DNA of 63,879 nt, filler included. It is 7 parts of 7 records of this genome, joined end to end, with 100 filler letters (N's around TTAATTAATTAA, not from the genome) between each part and the next. Parts side by side here need not be neighbours in the genome. Positions count along the whole stretch, not along the records: positions 26,355 to 35,569 come from SRR31156797_33792; positions 35,670 to 45,272 come from SRR31156797_33800; 5 more parts are not named here. One strand, written 5' to 3'. Under the pieces are notes generated by a model. That model was not told the origin of the DNA, did not search any database, and worked only from the letters and a program-made list of their open reading frames with translations. The position numbers were made by a program, and so were the translations under genes. Of this stretch, positions 31,290-40,315 are shown piece after piece. Each line of letters opens with the position of its first letter. Within the stretch, counting starts at the first letter, position 1.

Positions 31290-31348
31290 TTTTCGGCATT
31301 TGAATAAACATGGGGTTCAAATGGCAAAAACATAAGCCGGAGGTGTAA

Positions 31349-32356
31349 ATGCGTATCAGGGCCTTGATAAATTTCATCCTGAAAAATCCCATACCATTAA
31401 TGGTCCGCATGAACAGGACCACCACAGAATTTTACCGTGCAGGCTTTCTGTCCACCGCCGTTTCCGAAGGCATATTTGATGTGCTGGCCAAGGGGCCGGC
31501 CGGCACCGCAGATATATGGATTGCAATGGGTGCCAACGCCGATCCGGAGGCGCTCGAGGCCTGGCTTGATCTGGGGGTGGCCCTGGGGGAACTGGCCAAG
31601 AGCGGCGGGAATTACAGAATAAAAAGTTCTTTTGCAAAGGCCTTGTTAAAGCCGGAAAATGATACATGGAAGGCCTTTTTACAGGCCCGTGTTGAAATTT
31701 TCCACCCCTATATCATCAATACCCCGGCCTATTTAAAAGAAAATAAAAAATTTGATTTCAGCCGGTCATACGGTGAATTGTTTGCCCGGTCTTCAAGAAC
31801 GGTGGAACCGATTTTAACCGATGTGGTCGACAGGATAATTCCCCCGGACGGTTCATGCCGGTTATTGGAAGCCGGTTGCGGCTCCGGTGTCTACATAAAG
31901 CGTGCCTGTGATCGCAATCCGGATATCACGGTGGTGGGGGTGGATTTGCAGCGGGAGGTCATTGAGTTTGCACGGAAAAATGCCCTCAAGTGGAAAATAT
32001 CAGACCGAACCGCCTTTGAGCAGATTGATATCCGGGATTACAATTCTCAACCAGGGTTTGACATTATCACTTTTTTTAATCTTATCTATTATTTTCCCAT
32101 GGGGGAACGGGTTGATCTGCTTCACCATACCGGCTCCCTGTTAACCAATGGCGGCACCTTGGTATTGACCACATTATGCCAAAGCAATGATCCGTCCATT
32201 CAGTTAATGAACCTCTGGGCATCCATGACACAAGGGTGCGGCGGACTGCCTCGCCCTGACCAGATGGCGGATCAGCTCAGGCAAGCGGGATTCAATGCCG
32301 TGGATTTTGAAAAGCTGATCCCCGGCTTTTATTTGTTCAGCGCCCGGAAAAACTAG
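31349..32356 (+). CDS. Class I SAM-dependent methyltransferase with N-terminal winged-helix/dimerisation domain
   Basis: LEAGCGSG, GVD, DIRD, LIYYF. Confidence 0.88.
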   Translation: MRIRALINFILKNPIPLMVRMNRTTTEFYRAGFLSTAVSEGIFDVLAKGPAGTADIWIAMGANADPEALEAWLDLGVALGELAKSGGNYRIKSSFAKALLKPENDTWKAFLQARVEIFHPYIINTPAYLKENKKFDFSRSYGELFARSSRTVEPILTDVVDRIIPPDGSCRLLEAGCGSGVYIKRACDRNPDITVVGVDLQREVIEFARKNALKWKISDRTAFEQIDIRDYNSQPGFDIITFFNLIYYFPMGERVDLLHHTGSLLTNGGTLVLTTLCQSNDPSIQLMNLWASMTQGCGGLPRPDQMADQLRQAGFNAVDFEKLIPGFYLFSARKN

Positions 32357-32381
32357 GGGCAATAATTGGGGTAAAAGACCG

Positions 32382-33320
32382 ATGCCGGGTAAATATCGAA
32401 GAATGACACCAAAAAAACACCGGATAAAAGAATATGCTCCCGATCCGGGATTAAGCGCGTATATTCACTGTTATTGGACCTTGAACGGGTCTGATCATTA
32501 TCGTTTGGATGAACTCTGTCCCAGGGGGCCGGAGCCGTGTTTGGAGCTGGTTTTCAATCTGTCCGATCCGGTGAACTGCAGGGTTGAGGATTCCCCGCCC
32601 ATGAGGTTCATTGGGGATTTTATTCTGGGGTCCCTGGCCAGGCAGGTTCAAATCGAACCCACTGGCAGTCTCCGCCTGTTTGGGGTCAGATTTACGCCCG
32701 GGGGCCTTTATCCCTTTTTGTCAATGCCCCCCGTGGACCTGTCGGATATTTGTGTTGAGATGGAAGAGGTATGGGATCTTGATCAATTGGGGGTCTCACA
32801 ATTGATTCACGCAGCGACCCCAGCGGCTGAAAGCCTTATCCGGACTTTTGAAGGATTTTTTTCACGCCGGATGGATGATTTTAGAACAAAACACGGCCTG
32901 GTGATGGAAAAGGCCGTGGCCATTATTCGCTCCCGCAGGGGCCGGATTCCCGTGGAAACCCTGGCAGGGCAATTGGGGATAAGCCACCGCCACCTGGGAC
33001 GAAAATTCACAGAGCTTATGGGGATTCCCCCCAAGCAGCTTTGCCGGATATTCCGGATTAAACATGTTCTGGGCCGCTTGAAGGCAACCGGCTGTGATTC
33101 CGCCTCCCTTGCCATAGGGAGCGGATATTTTGACCAGGCACATTTTATTCGTGATTTTAAATATTTTACAGATAAAAGTCCTTTGAAATATTCGGCCGGC
33201 TGGTGTTCCGCAGACCAAGGGCTGATAATTCATCCTTTAAGGTCTGAATTTTACAATACATCCGGATCAAACCTTTCTAATCTGAAAACGGATATGAGAA
33301 ATGAGATCAGGGAGGCGTGA
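32382..33320 (+). CDS. AraC family regulator (DUF6597-type N-terminus)
   Basis: P..LSAYIHCYW, GVRFTPGG, HLGRKF...GIPPK, GYFDQAHFIRDFK. Confidence 0.9.
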   Translation: MPGKYRRMTPKKHRIKEYAPDPGLSAYIHCYWTLNGSDHYRLDELCPRGPEPCLELVFNLSDPVNCRVEDSPPMRFIGDFILGSLARQVQIEPTGSLRLFGVRFTPGGLYPFLSMPPVDLSDICVEMEEVWDLDQLGVSQLIHAATPAAESLIRTFEGFFSRRMDDFRTKHGLVMEKAVAIIRSRRGRIPVETLAGQLGISHRHLGRKFTELMGIPPKQLCRIFRIKHVLGRLKATGCDSASLAIGSGYFDQAHFIRDFKYFTDKSPLKYSAGWCSADQGLIIHPLRSEFYNTSGSNLSNLKTDMRNEIREA

Positions 33321-33823
33321 TGATTCAGGATCTGAACAGGCAATTAAAAGCAGGGGTAGAAAAATTGAATCCGGTTCATAACACCTGTTCCCAGGTCAGC
33401 TTTGCTGTCCTGAACGAACAGTTTAACTTAAAAGGGGATGAGGTAATTCCGGCCTTAATGCTGTTTGCAGGGGGAATTGCAGGCAATGGGGAAACATGCG
33501 GGGCTGTGACCGGATCTTTACTTGCAATGGGATTTTATTTCCAGCCCCTGAATCAAATTGGGTCTTCCGGCCGATACGGAGGGGTGTTTTTCAATAGATT
33601 TACAGCCGAATTCGGGTCAACCCGATGCAAAAAGATCGTCAGGCATCAATATGGCCGGTCTTATGATTTCAATAATCCGGAAGAGAAAAAAGAGTTTGCC
33701 GAGGTATCGGAAAAAAGCGGCAGATGCCTGGATGTGGTCAAAACGGCGGTCATTATAGCCGGTGATATCATGTCAGAAAATTTACAGACAACCGGGGCAC
33801 ATCATGAGATCTCAAAACCCTAG
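33317..33823 (+). CDS. C-GCAxxG-C-C family redox protein
   Basis: TCSQ, GGIAGNGETCGAVTG, FGSTRC, RCLDVV. Confidence 0.85.
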   Translation: MMIQDLNRQLKAGVEKLNPVHNTCSQVSFAVLNEQFNLKGDEVIPALMLFAGGIAGNGETCGAVTGSLLAMGFYFQPLNQIGSSGRYGGVFFNRFTAEFGSTRCKKIVRHQYGRSYDFNNPEEKKEFAEVSEKSGRCLDVVKTAVIIAGDIMSENLQTTGAHHEISKP

Positions 33824-35462
33824 GCTATGCCCGGTATATTATATTTTTGCTGTTTTCAGCTTTGTACTTGTTTTTTCACTTGCCGCTTCGGCAGGGTCCC
33901 CACCGGACGCCTGGCAGAGCAGTCCTCCGGAAGACCAGGGCATGCAATCCCCTATGCTTGCCGATATGATGGCCTGTATTCATAAAAGCAAATACCAGAT
34001 TGACAGCATCACAATCGTCCGGAACGGGCAGATTGTTCTGGACGCCTGTTTTTGGCCCTATATGAAAAACCAACCCCATGATATTGCTTCGTGCACCAAA
34101 AGCATTACCTCGGCATTGATGGGAATCGCCATCGATAAGGGCTTTATTTCAAATATTGACCGGCCTGTCCTGGATTTTTTTAAAGATAAAACCATTGGGA
34201 ATATGACCGGCCCCAAACAATCAATGACCATTGAAAATCTGTTGACCATGGCCTCGGGGCTGGAATGCAGGGATACCTATCGGCATCAGTTCCAGGGATT
34301 ATATGAAATGAAGAACAGCAATGACTGGGTCCAATATGTCCTTGATCTGCCCATGTCAGGCCCTCCCGGGGAAAAATTCGAATACTGCAGCGGGGCATCG
34401 CTTCTTCTTTCGGCGATTATCCGTAATGCAGCAAAAATGAGTACCCTGGACTTTGCAAAAAAATATTTATTTACCCCCCTTGGTATTGTTGATGTGGATT
34501 GGGCGGTCACTCCCAATGGCCATCACACCGGATATGGCGACATGTCGCTGACCCCCCATGACATGGCCAAAATCGGCTGGCTGTATCTGAATAAGGGGAA
34601 ATCGGGCAGCAGGCAGATAATATCGTCTGCCTGGGTAGAAACCTCCACCCGGGGGCATTTCAAAGCTGACCTGTTTGATCATTACGGATATCAGTGGTGG
34701 GGGGATTCTGCCGGCTGGTGGTTCAATTCCGTTGGGTATTATATGGCCGTTGGGTATGAGGGCCAGCGCATATTCATTGTTCCGGAAAAAAAACTGGTGG
34801 CCGTATTCACAGGCAGACTCCAGGGCCGGGATAATTTTATCCCCGATACGCTGCTTGACTCCTATATTCTCCCTGCAGCTTCATCAATAGCCCCTCTACC
34901 CCCAGACAAAAAAGGAGCAGTTCGCCTGGATGAGCTGGTAAACAAGGCAGCCGAACCATTTGACCGTATATGGACATCCAAAGAGGAGGGAATGGCTAAA
35001 GACGGCAAATTCATCCGGACGGCATCACCGGCCTTTCAATTCGAGTATCCGCCAGGCAGTCATAAAGCCCGAACAGACGCACCCGGTCAGATAATGAGGA
35101 TGAAAGGCCCCGGACACATGGCCGTTCGCGCCTCCATAATCGAGGTGCCCAAGGGCATCCCCATCCGGGCGTTCGGGCCGGAATTCTATCTTCAAAACCT
35201 TAAAAAGCATGGGTCGTCCTTTGAAATTGCCTCAAACAGGGAAATCATCCTTAATTGCGGTACAAGGGCATATCGAACCGAGATTAACTGGATCTGGAAT
35301 AAAAATGTATCCATGAGAACCCTCCTTGTTTCAGCCTACAAGGAGGGGAAAGCCGTTTTCTTGAATACGGTCTCATGGAACAACTCCCGCCAAAAATGTG
35401 ACCCCATCATCCAAAGCTTAACCTTTGGACAGGGCAAATCCGGAACCCGGCCGGAAAAATAG
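33804..35462 (+). CDS. Exported serine hydrolase (beta-lactamase class C/6-aminohexanoate-dimer hydrolase family) with extra C-terminal domain
   Basis: Signal peptide; SCTK (SxxK), LLTMASG, FEYCS, YGYQWW, GYEGQ. Confidence 0.88.
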   Translation: MRSQNPRLCPVYYIFAVFSFVLVFSLAASAGSPPDAWQSSPPEDQGMQSPMLADMMACIHKSKYQIDSITIVRNGQIVLDACFWPYMKNQPHDIASCTKSITSALMGIAIDKGFISNIDRPVLDFFKDKTIGNMTGPKQSMTIENLLTMASGLECRDTYRHQFQGLYEMKNSNDWVQYVLDLPMSGPPGEKFEYCSGASLLLSAIIRNAAKMSTLDFAKKYLFTPLGIVDVDWAVTPNGHHTGYGDMSLTPHDMAKIGWLYLNKGKSGSRQIISSAWVETSTRGHFKADLFDHYGYQWWGDSAGWWFNSVGYYMAVGYEGQRIFIVPEKKLVAVFTGRLQGRDNFIPDTLLDSYILPAASSIAPLPPDKKGAVRLDELVNKAAEPFDRIWTSKEEGMAKDGKFIRTASPAFQFEYPPGSHKARTDAPGQIMRMKGPGHMAVRASIIEVPKGIPIRAFGPEFYLQNLKKHGSSFEIASNREIILNCGTRAYRTEINWIWNKNVSMRTLLVSAYKEGKAVFLNTVSWNNSRQKCDPIIQSLTFGQGKSGTRPEK

Positions 35463-35569
35463 AAGGCCCTGGTGAAAAGGCCTGAACCATCCGGTCCTGA
35501 TAAGGGCCGGGGATTCACCGGCCCTGCCGGCCCCGGAATCTTAAAAATTCTGTTTTAAAACCGCCCTAA

Positions 35570-35669
35570 NNNNNNNNNNNNNNNNNNNNNNNNNNNNNNN
35601 NNNNNNNNNNNNNTTAATTAATTAANNNNNNNNNNNNNNNNNNNNNNNNNNNNNNNNNNNNNNNNNNNN
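35570..35669. other. Artificial contig spacer
   Basis: N-run plus TTAATTAATTAA. Confidence 0.99.
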
Positions 35670-35930
35670 GATATTGAGGCATTAGCCGGACAATGCAGGT
35701 TCAGCAACTGTACGCACACCTGCGAGCCTGGATGTCGGGTGCTTGAAGCGATAGCTACAGGAGAAGTATCCTCCAGACGTTTGACCAGCTATATCAAGCT
35801 GAACAATGAACTTGACTACACCCGTGAGCGTCAAAACAAAAGCGCCGACAGAGTGGAAAAAGAACGGTGGCAGCATGTTTCAAAAAAAGTGAAAAATTTG
35901 AAAAACAGGAAAAAACAACAATGGAAATAA
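35670..35930 (+). CDS. rsgA: Ribosome small subunit-dependent GTPase A, C-terminal fragment
   Basis: DIEALAGQCRFSNCTHTCEPGCRV zinc-finger motif. Confidence 0.88.
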   Translation, partial: DIEALAGQCRFSNCTHTCEPGCRVLEAIATGEVSSRRLTSYIKLNNELDYTRERQNKSADRVEKERWQHVSKKVKNLKNRKKQQWK

Positions 35931-36478
35931 TGTTTGCAAAATCAACACATACGCAAGAACTGCAGCATCTCCACCAGCAGGCTTTTGATGTAGCTAACAG
36001 TAAGGAGAAGGGGGTGGTTATTGGTGAGCTTGTAAAAAATTTGCTGGCAGATCCAACAGCCAAACCGTGCCACTCATTGATCGCTGTTGAGCAGGACACC
36101 GTGGTAGGACATTTGTTGTTTACCAGGGTACATATTGAAGGCGCTGAAAGCAATATCGCAGCTCACATCCTTGCACCTCTAGCCGTGCATCCTGATTTTC
36201 AGGCGAAGGGTCTTGGTGGAAAATTGATTATGACCGGTCTGGATGCGCTCCGAAAATCAAAAATACAACTCGTTTTTGTGCTGGGACATCCCGACTATTA
36301 CCCGCGCTACGGCTTTACTCCGGCTGGCGTTTGCGGATTTGAAGCTCCCTACCCAATTCCAGCGGAACATGCATCAGCCTGGATGGTACAGGAACTGGCG
36401 TCCGGTATTATCGGCACCATAAAAGGAAAAATCCGATGCGCCGAAACATTGCACCAGCCTGAACATTGGCGGGAATAA
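35921..36478 (+). CDS. GNAT family N-acetyltransferase (YhbS-like)
   Basis: LAPLAVHPDFQAKGLGGKLI, VLGHPDYYPRYGF. Confidence 0.92.
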   Translation: MEIMFAKSTHTQELQHLHQQAFDVANSKEKGVVIGELVKNLLADPTAKPCHSLIAVEQDTVVGHLLFTRVHIEGAESNIAAHILAPLAVHPDFQAKGLGGKLIMTGLDALRKSKIQLVFVLGHPDYYPRYGFTPAGVCGFEAPYPIPAEHASAWMVQELASGIIGTIKGKIRCAETLHQPEHWRE

Positions 36479-36485
36479 GGGCGTG

Positions 36486-36522
36486 GGCAAACTGCTCAGG
36501 GATTATACCTGAGTAGTTTGCC
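36486..36522 (+). terminator. Hairpin after GNAT gene
   Basis: GGCAAACTGCTCAGG-loop-CCTGAGTAGTTTGCC; no clear U tract. Confidence 0.55.
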
Positions 36523-36535
36523 GTAAAGGATAGAA

Positions 36536-37404
36536 GTAAGCGAGTCACAAAGCCCATCTGCCATATCGCGTGCTAATATGTTTCGTTGAGTCTTTTTAAC
36601 AAAGGAGGCTCAAGTGGAAACACGTACTATCAAGGGTAATATCTCAAAGCAGAATTATTGGGGCAATCATATTTCTTGTTGGAAGAAAAGTGGTCTTACT
36701 CAACGTCAATATGCTTGAGACAAGGGATAGCTATTTCTACATTTTCATATTGGATAAGCAAATTTGGTAAGGGGGCACCAAAGCCAGGTCCAACACGCTT
36801 CTATCAATTGACAGTTAAGGGCGCTTCTGCATCGCCTGCTCAACAAGGCTCCCATACAGGCCGTCTATCTGTTTGCAACGACAAATTCAAAATTGATTTG
36901 GAAGAGGAGTTCTCGAAAGCTGCTCTGAAAAGACTTGTCGCCACCTTGGAGACGATTTGATGCTGAGTATACAAAATAACATCAGAGTCTACATTGCTGT
37001 CGCATAACCGATATGCGTAAATCAATAAACGGTTTGTCGCTCTTGGTTCAGGACGAGTTTGAACTCGATCTCTTCTCCGGAAGCCTCTTCGCTTTCTGTA
37101 ACCGTAGGCAAGAACGCAGGACTGGCTTTTTGCTGGAAACCCCAAAGGGGCTCAGGCGAGTGCTATGATTTACTCCCTTCTTGAATCGGCAAAAGCAAAT
37201 AAGCTTGAACCTTACAATTACCTCCGCGACCTCTTTGAAAATATTCCAGCTGCAGAGACAGAAGAAGATTACAGGAAACTGCTATCGAGCAGCCTCTCTG
37301 TACCAGACTTGAAACCGTCTCCGGAATAAGCAGTGTCTAATTTTAGAGCATTATAGACTCTGCGATTTTGCTTTTGTGTCTGGGGTGGTTCCTGAATCGC
37401 TTAC
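36536..37404 (+). mobile_element. Internally deleted IS66-family element (tnpA, tnpB 5' part, tnpC 3' end; both terminal IRs)
   Basis: Left end GTAAGCGAGTCACAAAGCCC; right end reverse complement GTAAGCGATTCAGGAACCAC. TnpA-like STFSYW; TnpB-like TDMRKSINGL...DLFSGSLFAFCNR; TnpC tail WLFAGNPKGAQASAMIYSLLESAKANKLEPYNYL. Confidence 0.9.
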
Positions 37405-37471
37405 GTCAAGATTCGTCTTCGTACCTCATAAGGAAAAGTATCGTAAAGGGAGTTAACTTTATTTTTCAGCA

Positions 37472-40060
37472 TTACTCCCGTACATCTTTTGCGGGGTTAA
37501 GAAAATCTCTACTCACCTTATCTTGAAAAATTGATACCCGATCAAGCACATTTCTGAGATTCTCTTGCTCTACTTGAGTTAATTCATCTAGTACCAGAAA
37601 GTCATTTACTTTTCTTAGATCGGTGTATTCAATTATCTGGTTCATAAATCGTAAGTTCCAGATATGATCAAATAAATAGGCCATCTCCCGGTAATCTCGT
37701 CGGGAGATATCTCCCCACTGTGTTAATCTCTTCAATCTGGCAACTGTATTAGCTTCTCTAATGTCGTATTTCAGAGCATAGATTCTACAAAAAATTTCCA
37801 TGGGTCTCAGGCATTCTTTCAAATTAACTGAACGCGCTCCATCCTTGACCTCTGTCTTTATCTTACCCATCTTGTTTGTTGGCTGGGTATATGACAGGCA
37901 GTGATGGGCATAGTTGATAAAGAACTGTTCATGTATTCTGCTGGTTTCAAACACATGCTGTTGCAACTCATCAACCAGTTCTGCCATACCATAGGTTGAA
38001 CGAAGGTCGAAAAAAACGTTGGCCTCTAGAATTTTGTCAGGACTGGAGTTGATAATCCAGTTGCTGAAATTTTCCTTCCACTCACCCACAGACAAACACC
38101 ACTGAGGGTTGGTTGCCATGATAAGGCCTTCACAATACGAGTAGCCGGCTTGGTCTAGTCTCTTGCAGACTCGTTCAGCTAAGTGCAGAAAATATCGACG
38201 AACCGTTTCAAGCTCATCCTCCTCACAACTTTCAAAGACCAGGGCATTATCCTGATCAGAGAAAAGAGTCATATCGTGACGAGCGTTTGAACCCATTGAA
38301 ATGAAAGAAAAATGTACAGGCGGTGCACCAATCTCGGCAATAGTAAGGGTAATAAATTTATGTATTGCTGCATCATACGCAGCACCAATCACCCGACGCA
38401 AATTATCAGGCCGAGAGCCGGCATCAATCATAGTTCGGATTACATCCGGCAGCCGATCAAGGGCCTCGACAACGCCCCCCGAGGCTTCACTCTCTTCAAT
38501 AAGATCAACGATCTCACTGTTTATCCCACTATAATGAGTGATCTCCTTTTCAAAGCGGAAAGCACTGCCATACACTTTTCTGGTAATGGGTCGAAATGAG
38601 ACAACATATCCCTTTTTTTTCGAAAGAAATATTTTTGAAATAGAGAGTATGATATCAATTTCCTGTCCACTTTTGGTTTGTAGCTGTGCTTCAAATTCTC
38701 CTGATTCAGTCTCGCCATCGAAGAGGTTTGTACAATGCTGCCGGACAGGTGCGTTGATCGTGTTTTGCGGAAAAATCGTTCTCCAGATAGAATGATCGTG
38801 GAGTTCTTTGTCGCTATACCCTACCATACGTTTTAGTCGTATGTTTGAGTAGATAATAGCCCCCTCGGCTACAAGGAGATACCCCTCGTTGGACGTTTCG
38901 ACCAATGCACGATATCTGTCTTTCGCCTCATGAAGAAGGATTTCCGCCTTTTTCTTTCTCGCCTCTGTCTTATGGCTCTGGTAGATGATATAACTCATGA
39001 CCAGAATGAGCCCGAAGGTAATCGACAGGAAGGTGATATAGAGATTACGCTTAAGTCTGGCAATTTCCTCCGTCACATCATTTACATAAACACCTGTACC
39101 GACAAGCCAGTTCCATTTAGGCACTCCCCGTACATATGAGAGTTTAGGCACTGAGGTGGCACTGTCATCCTTCCATTGCCACTGGTACTCGAGGTAGCCC
39201 TCAGCGTTGTTTTTTACCAACTCGACAAACTCTACAAACAGTTTCTTGCCGCTCTTGTTTTCAGTATCAGTATAGTTGCTTAAATCCGCACCAATCAGCT
39301 CCCCTCGATACGGGTGCATTATCAGGGTCGGGGTCATATCGGTTATGAAAAAATAATCTTTGTTTTTGGCTCCATAACGCATGGAGCCAATTTCTTTGAT
39401 CGCACGACCCTGTGCCTCTTGTACGGATATAAGCCCCTTATCGCTATCGGCAATATACTGTTCGGCAATGGAAACTGCTGAGGCAGTAAGCTCTTTGATC
39501 ATCCTCTTTTTCTGATTCATCATGGAGGACTCAATCTCCGGAACTACGACAAGGATAATTGAGGTAATAAAGAGGATAATTGAAACGACTGTAGGGATAA
39601 CAATTCGTGCCCCGAAACTGCTTATAAAATGATCAGGTCGCCTGTATTCATCATACTCCTTGACCCCTTTGAAGTACTCAGACAGTTCTTGTGGGTCCAG
39701 GATTGTATTCCAGTCATCCTGGTGTAAGGAATCATGATACTTTTCTGTAAACATGCCATTCATAAAATCCTTTCTTGACGGTATGTATCCGTTATAGTCA
39801 TCCCTAACGTGAGTCTCAAAAATTTTGTTAATATCGCTCTTCGAATACCTTTCCCCAAATTCCTGATATGCCTCGTTTAAGGCTTCCTGGCAGTGGCGAA
39901 ATTTACGGTGATCATATGGGTTAGAACTCAGTGTTCTACCGGTGCGTATATAGTGATCGAGTCCGTCATGTTCAAAAAAACCATCCAGCCATTTATGGAT
40001 ATCTGTGCCACGAATTCCGTAGAGTTTCTCTGTGCGGTCTGCATGATCTGATATTTTCAT
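37472..40060 (-). CDS. Membrane signalling protein: His-rich DUF6915-like domain, TM, sCache_2, TM, PAS, DUF294 nucleotidyltransferase and DUF294_C
   Basis: N-terminal H...IHKWLD...HRKFRH...HVRDDY.G.IPS; Cache MRYG..DYFF..MHP..YQW..KLSY..WNWLVGTGVY; PAS YRALVE; NT motif MGSNARHDMTLFSDQDN; GLIMATNPQWC; FFDLR. Confidence 0.85.
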   Translation of the reverse strand: MKISDHADRTEKLYGIRGTDIHKWLDGFFEHDGLDHYIRTGRTLSSNPYDHRKFRHCQEALNEAYQEFGERYSKSDINKIFETHVRDDYNGYIPSRKDFMNGMFTEKYHDSLHQDDWNTILDPQELSEYFKGVKEYDEYRRPDHFISSFGARIVIPTVVSIILFITSIILVVVPEIESSMMNQKKRMIKELTASAVSIAEQYIADSDKGLISVQEAQGRAIKEIGSMRYGAKNKDYFFITDMTPTLIMHPYRGELIGADLSNYTDTENKSGKKLFVEFVELVKNNAEGYLEYQWQWKDDSATSVPKLSYVRGVPKWNWLVGTGVYVNDVTEEIARLKRNLYITFLSITFGLILVMSYIIYQSHKTEARKKKAEILLHEAKDRYRALVETSNEGYLLVAEGAIIYSNIRLKRMVGYSDKELHDHSIWRTIFPQNTINAPVRQHCTNLFDGETESGEFEAQLQTKSGQEIDIILSISKIFLSKKKGYVVSFRPITRKVYGSAFRFEKEITHYSGINSEIVDLIEESEASGGVVEALDRLPDVIRTMIDAGSRPDNLRRVIGAAYDAAIHKFITLTIAEIGAPPVHFSFISMGSNARHDMTLFSDQDNALVFESCEEDELETVRRYFLHLAERVCKRLDQAGYSYCEGLIMATNPQWCLSVGEWKENFSNWIINSSPDKILEANVFFDLRSTYGMAELVDELQQHVFETSRIHEQFFINYAHHCLSYTQPTNKMGKIKTEVKDGARSVNLKECLRPMEIFCRIYALKYDIREANTVARLKRLTQWGDISRRDYREMAYLFDHIWNLRFMNQIIEYTDLRKVNDFLVLDELTQVEQENLRNVLDRVSIFQDKVSRDFLNPAKDVRE

Positions 40061-40208
40061 ATAGTATCAAAGGAGTTGTAGCAGCTTGCTAAGTGTCTGT
40101 ACAGATTTTAGGATGGACACTGCATAGAGTGTAAGGGGAACTACTTACACGGGTATTAACCTATTAATTTTATGAGCCATAAGCTGTAACTGCCAGCGCT
40201 AAAACAAT

Positions 40209-40242
40209 AAAGCCGAAATACCTTTTTTTACGGTATTTCGGC
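40209..40242 (-). terminator. Intrinsic terminator after DUF3360 gene
   Basis: GCCGAAATACC-loop-GGTATTTCGGC followed on the minus strand by TTTATTGTTTT. Confidence 0.7.
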
Positions 40243-40315
40243 GTATTGTACAACCTGGATGTAGTCTTGGATCTTTTGCCTACAGTTAAGGTGCCAGTGA
40301 AAAGTTACGGCAGCA

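Noticed and set aside
37472-38500. The nucleotidyltransferase as a CBASS/CD-NTase or toxin-antitoxin MNT
   Set aside because: Motif context (GS..R...TL.SDQDN, MATNPQW, FFDLR) fits DUF294/GlnD-like enzymes, and no Cap effector or HEPN partner is adjacent.
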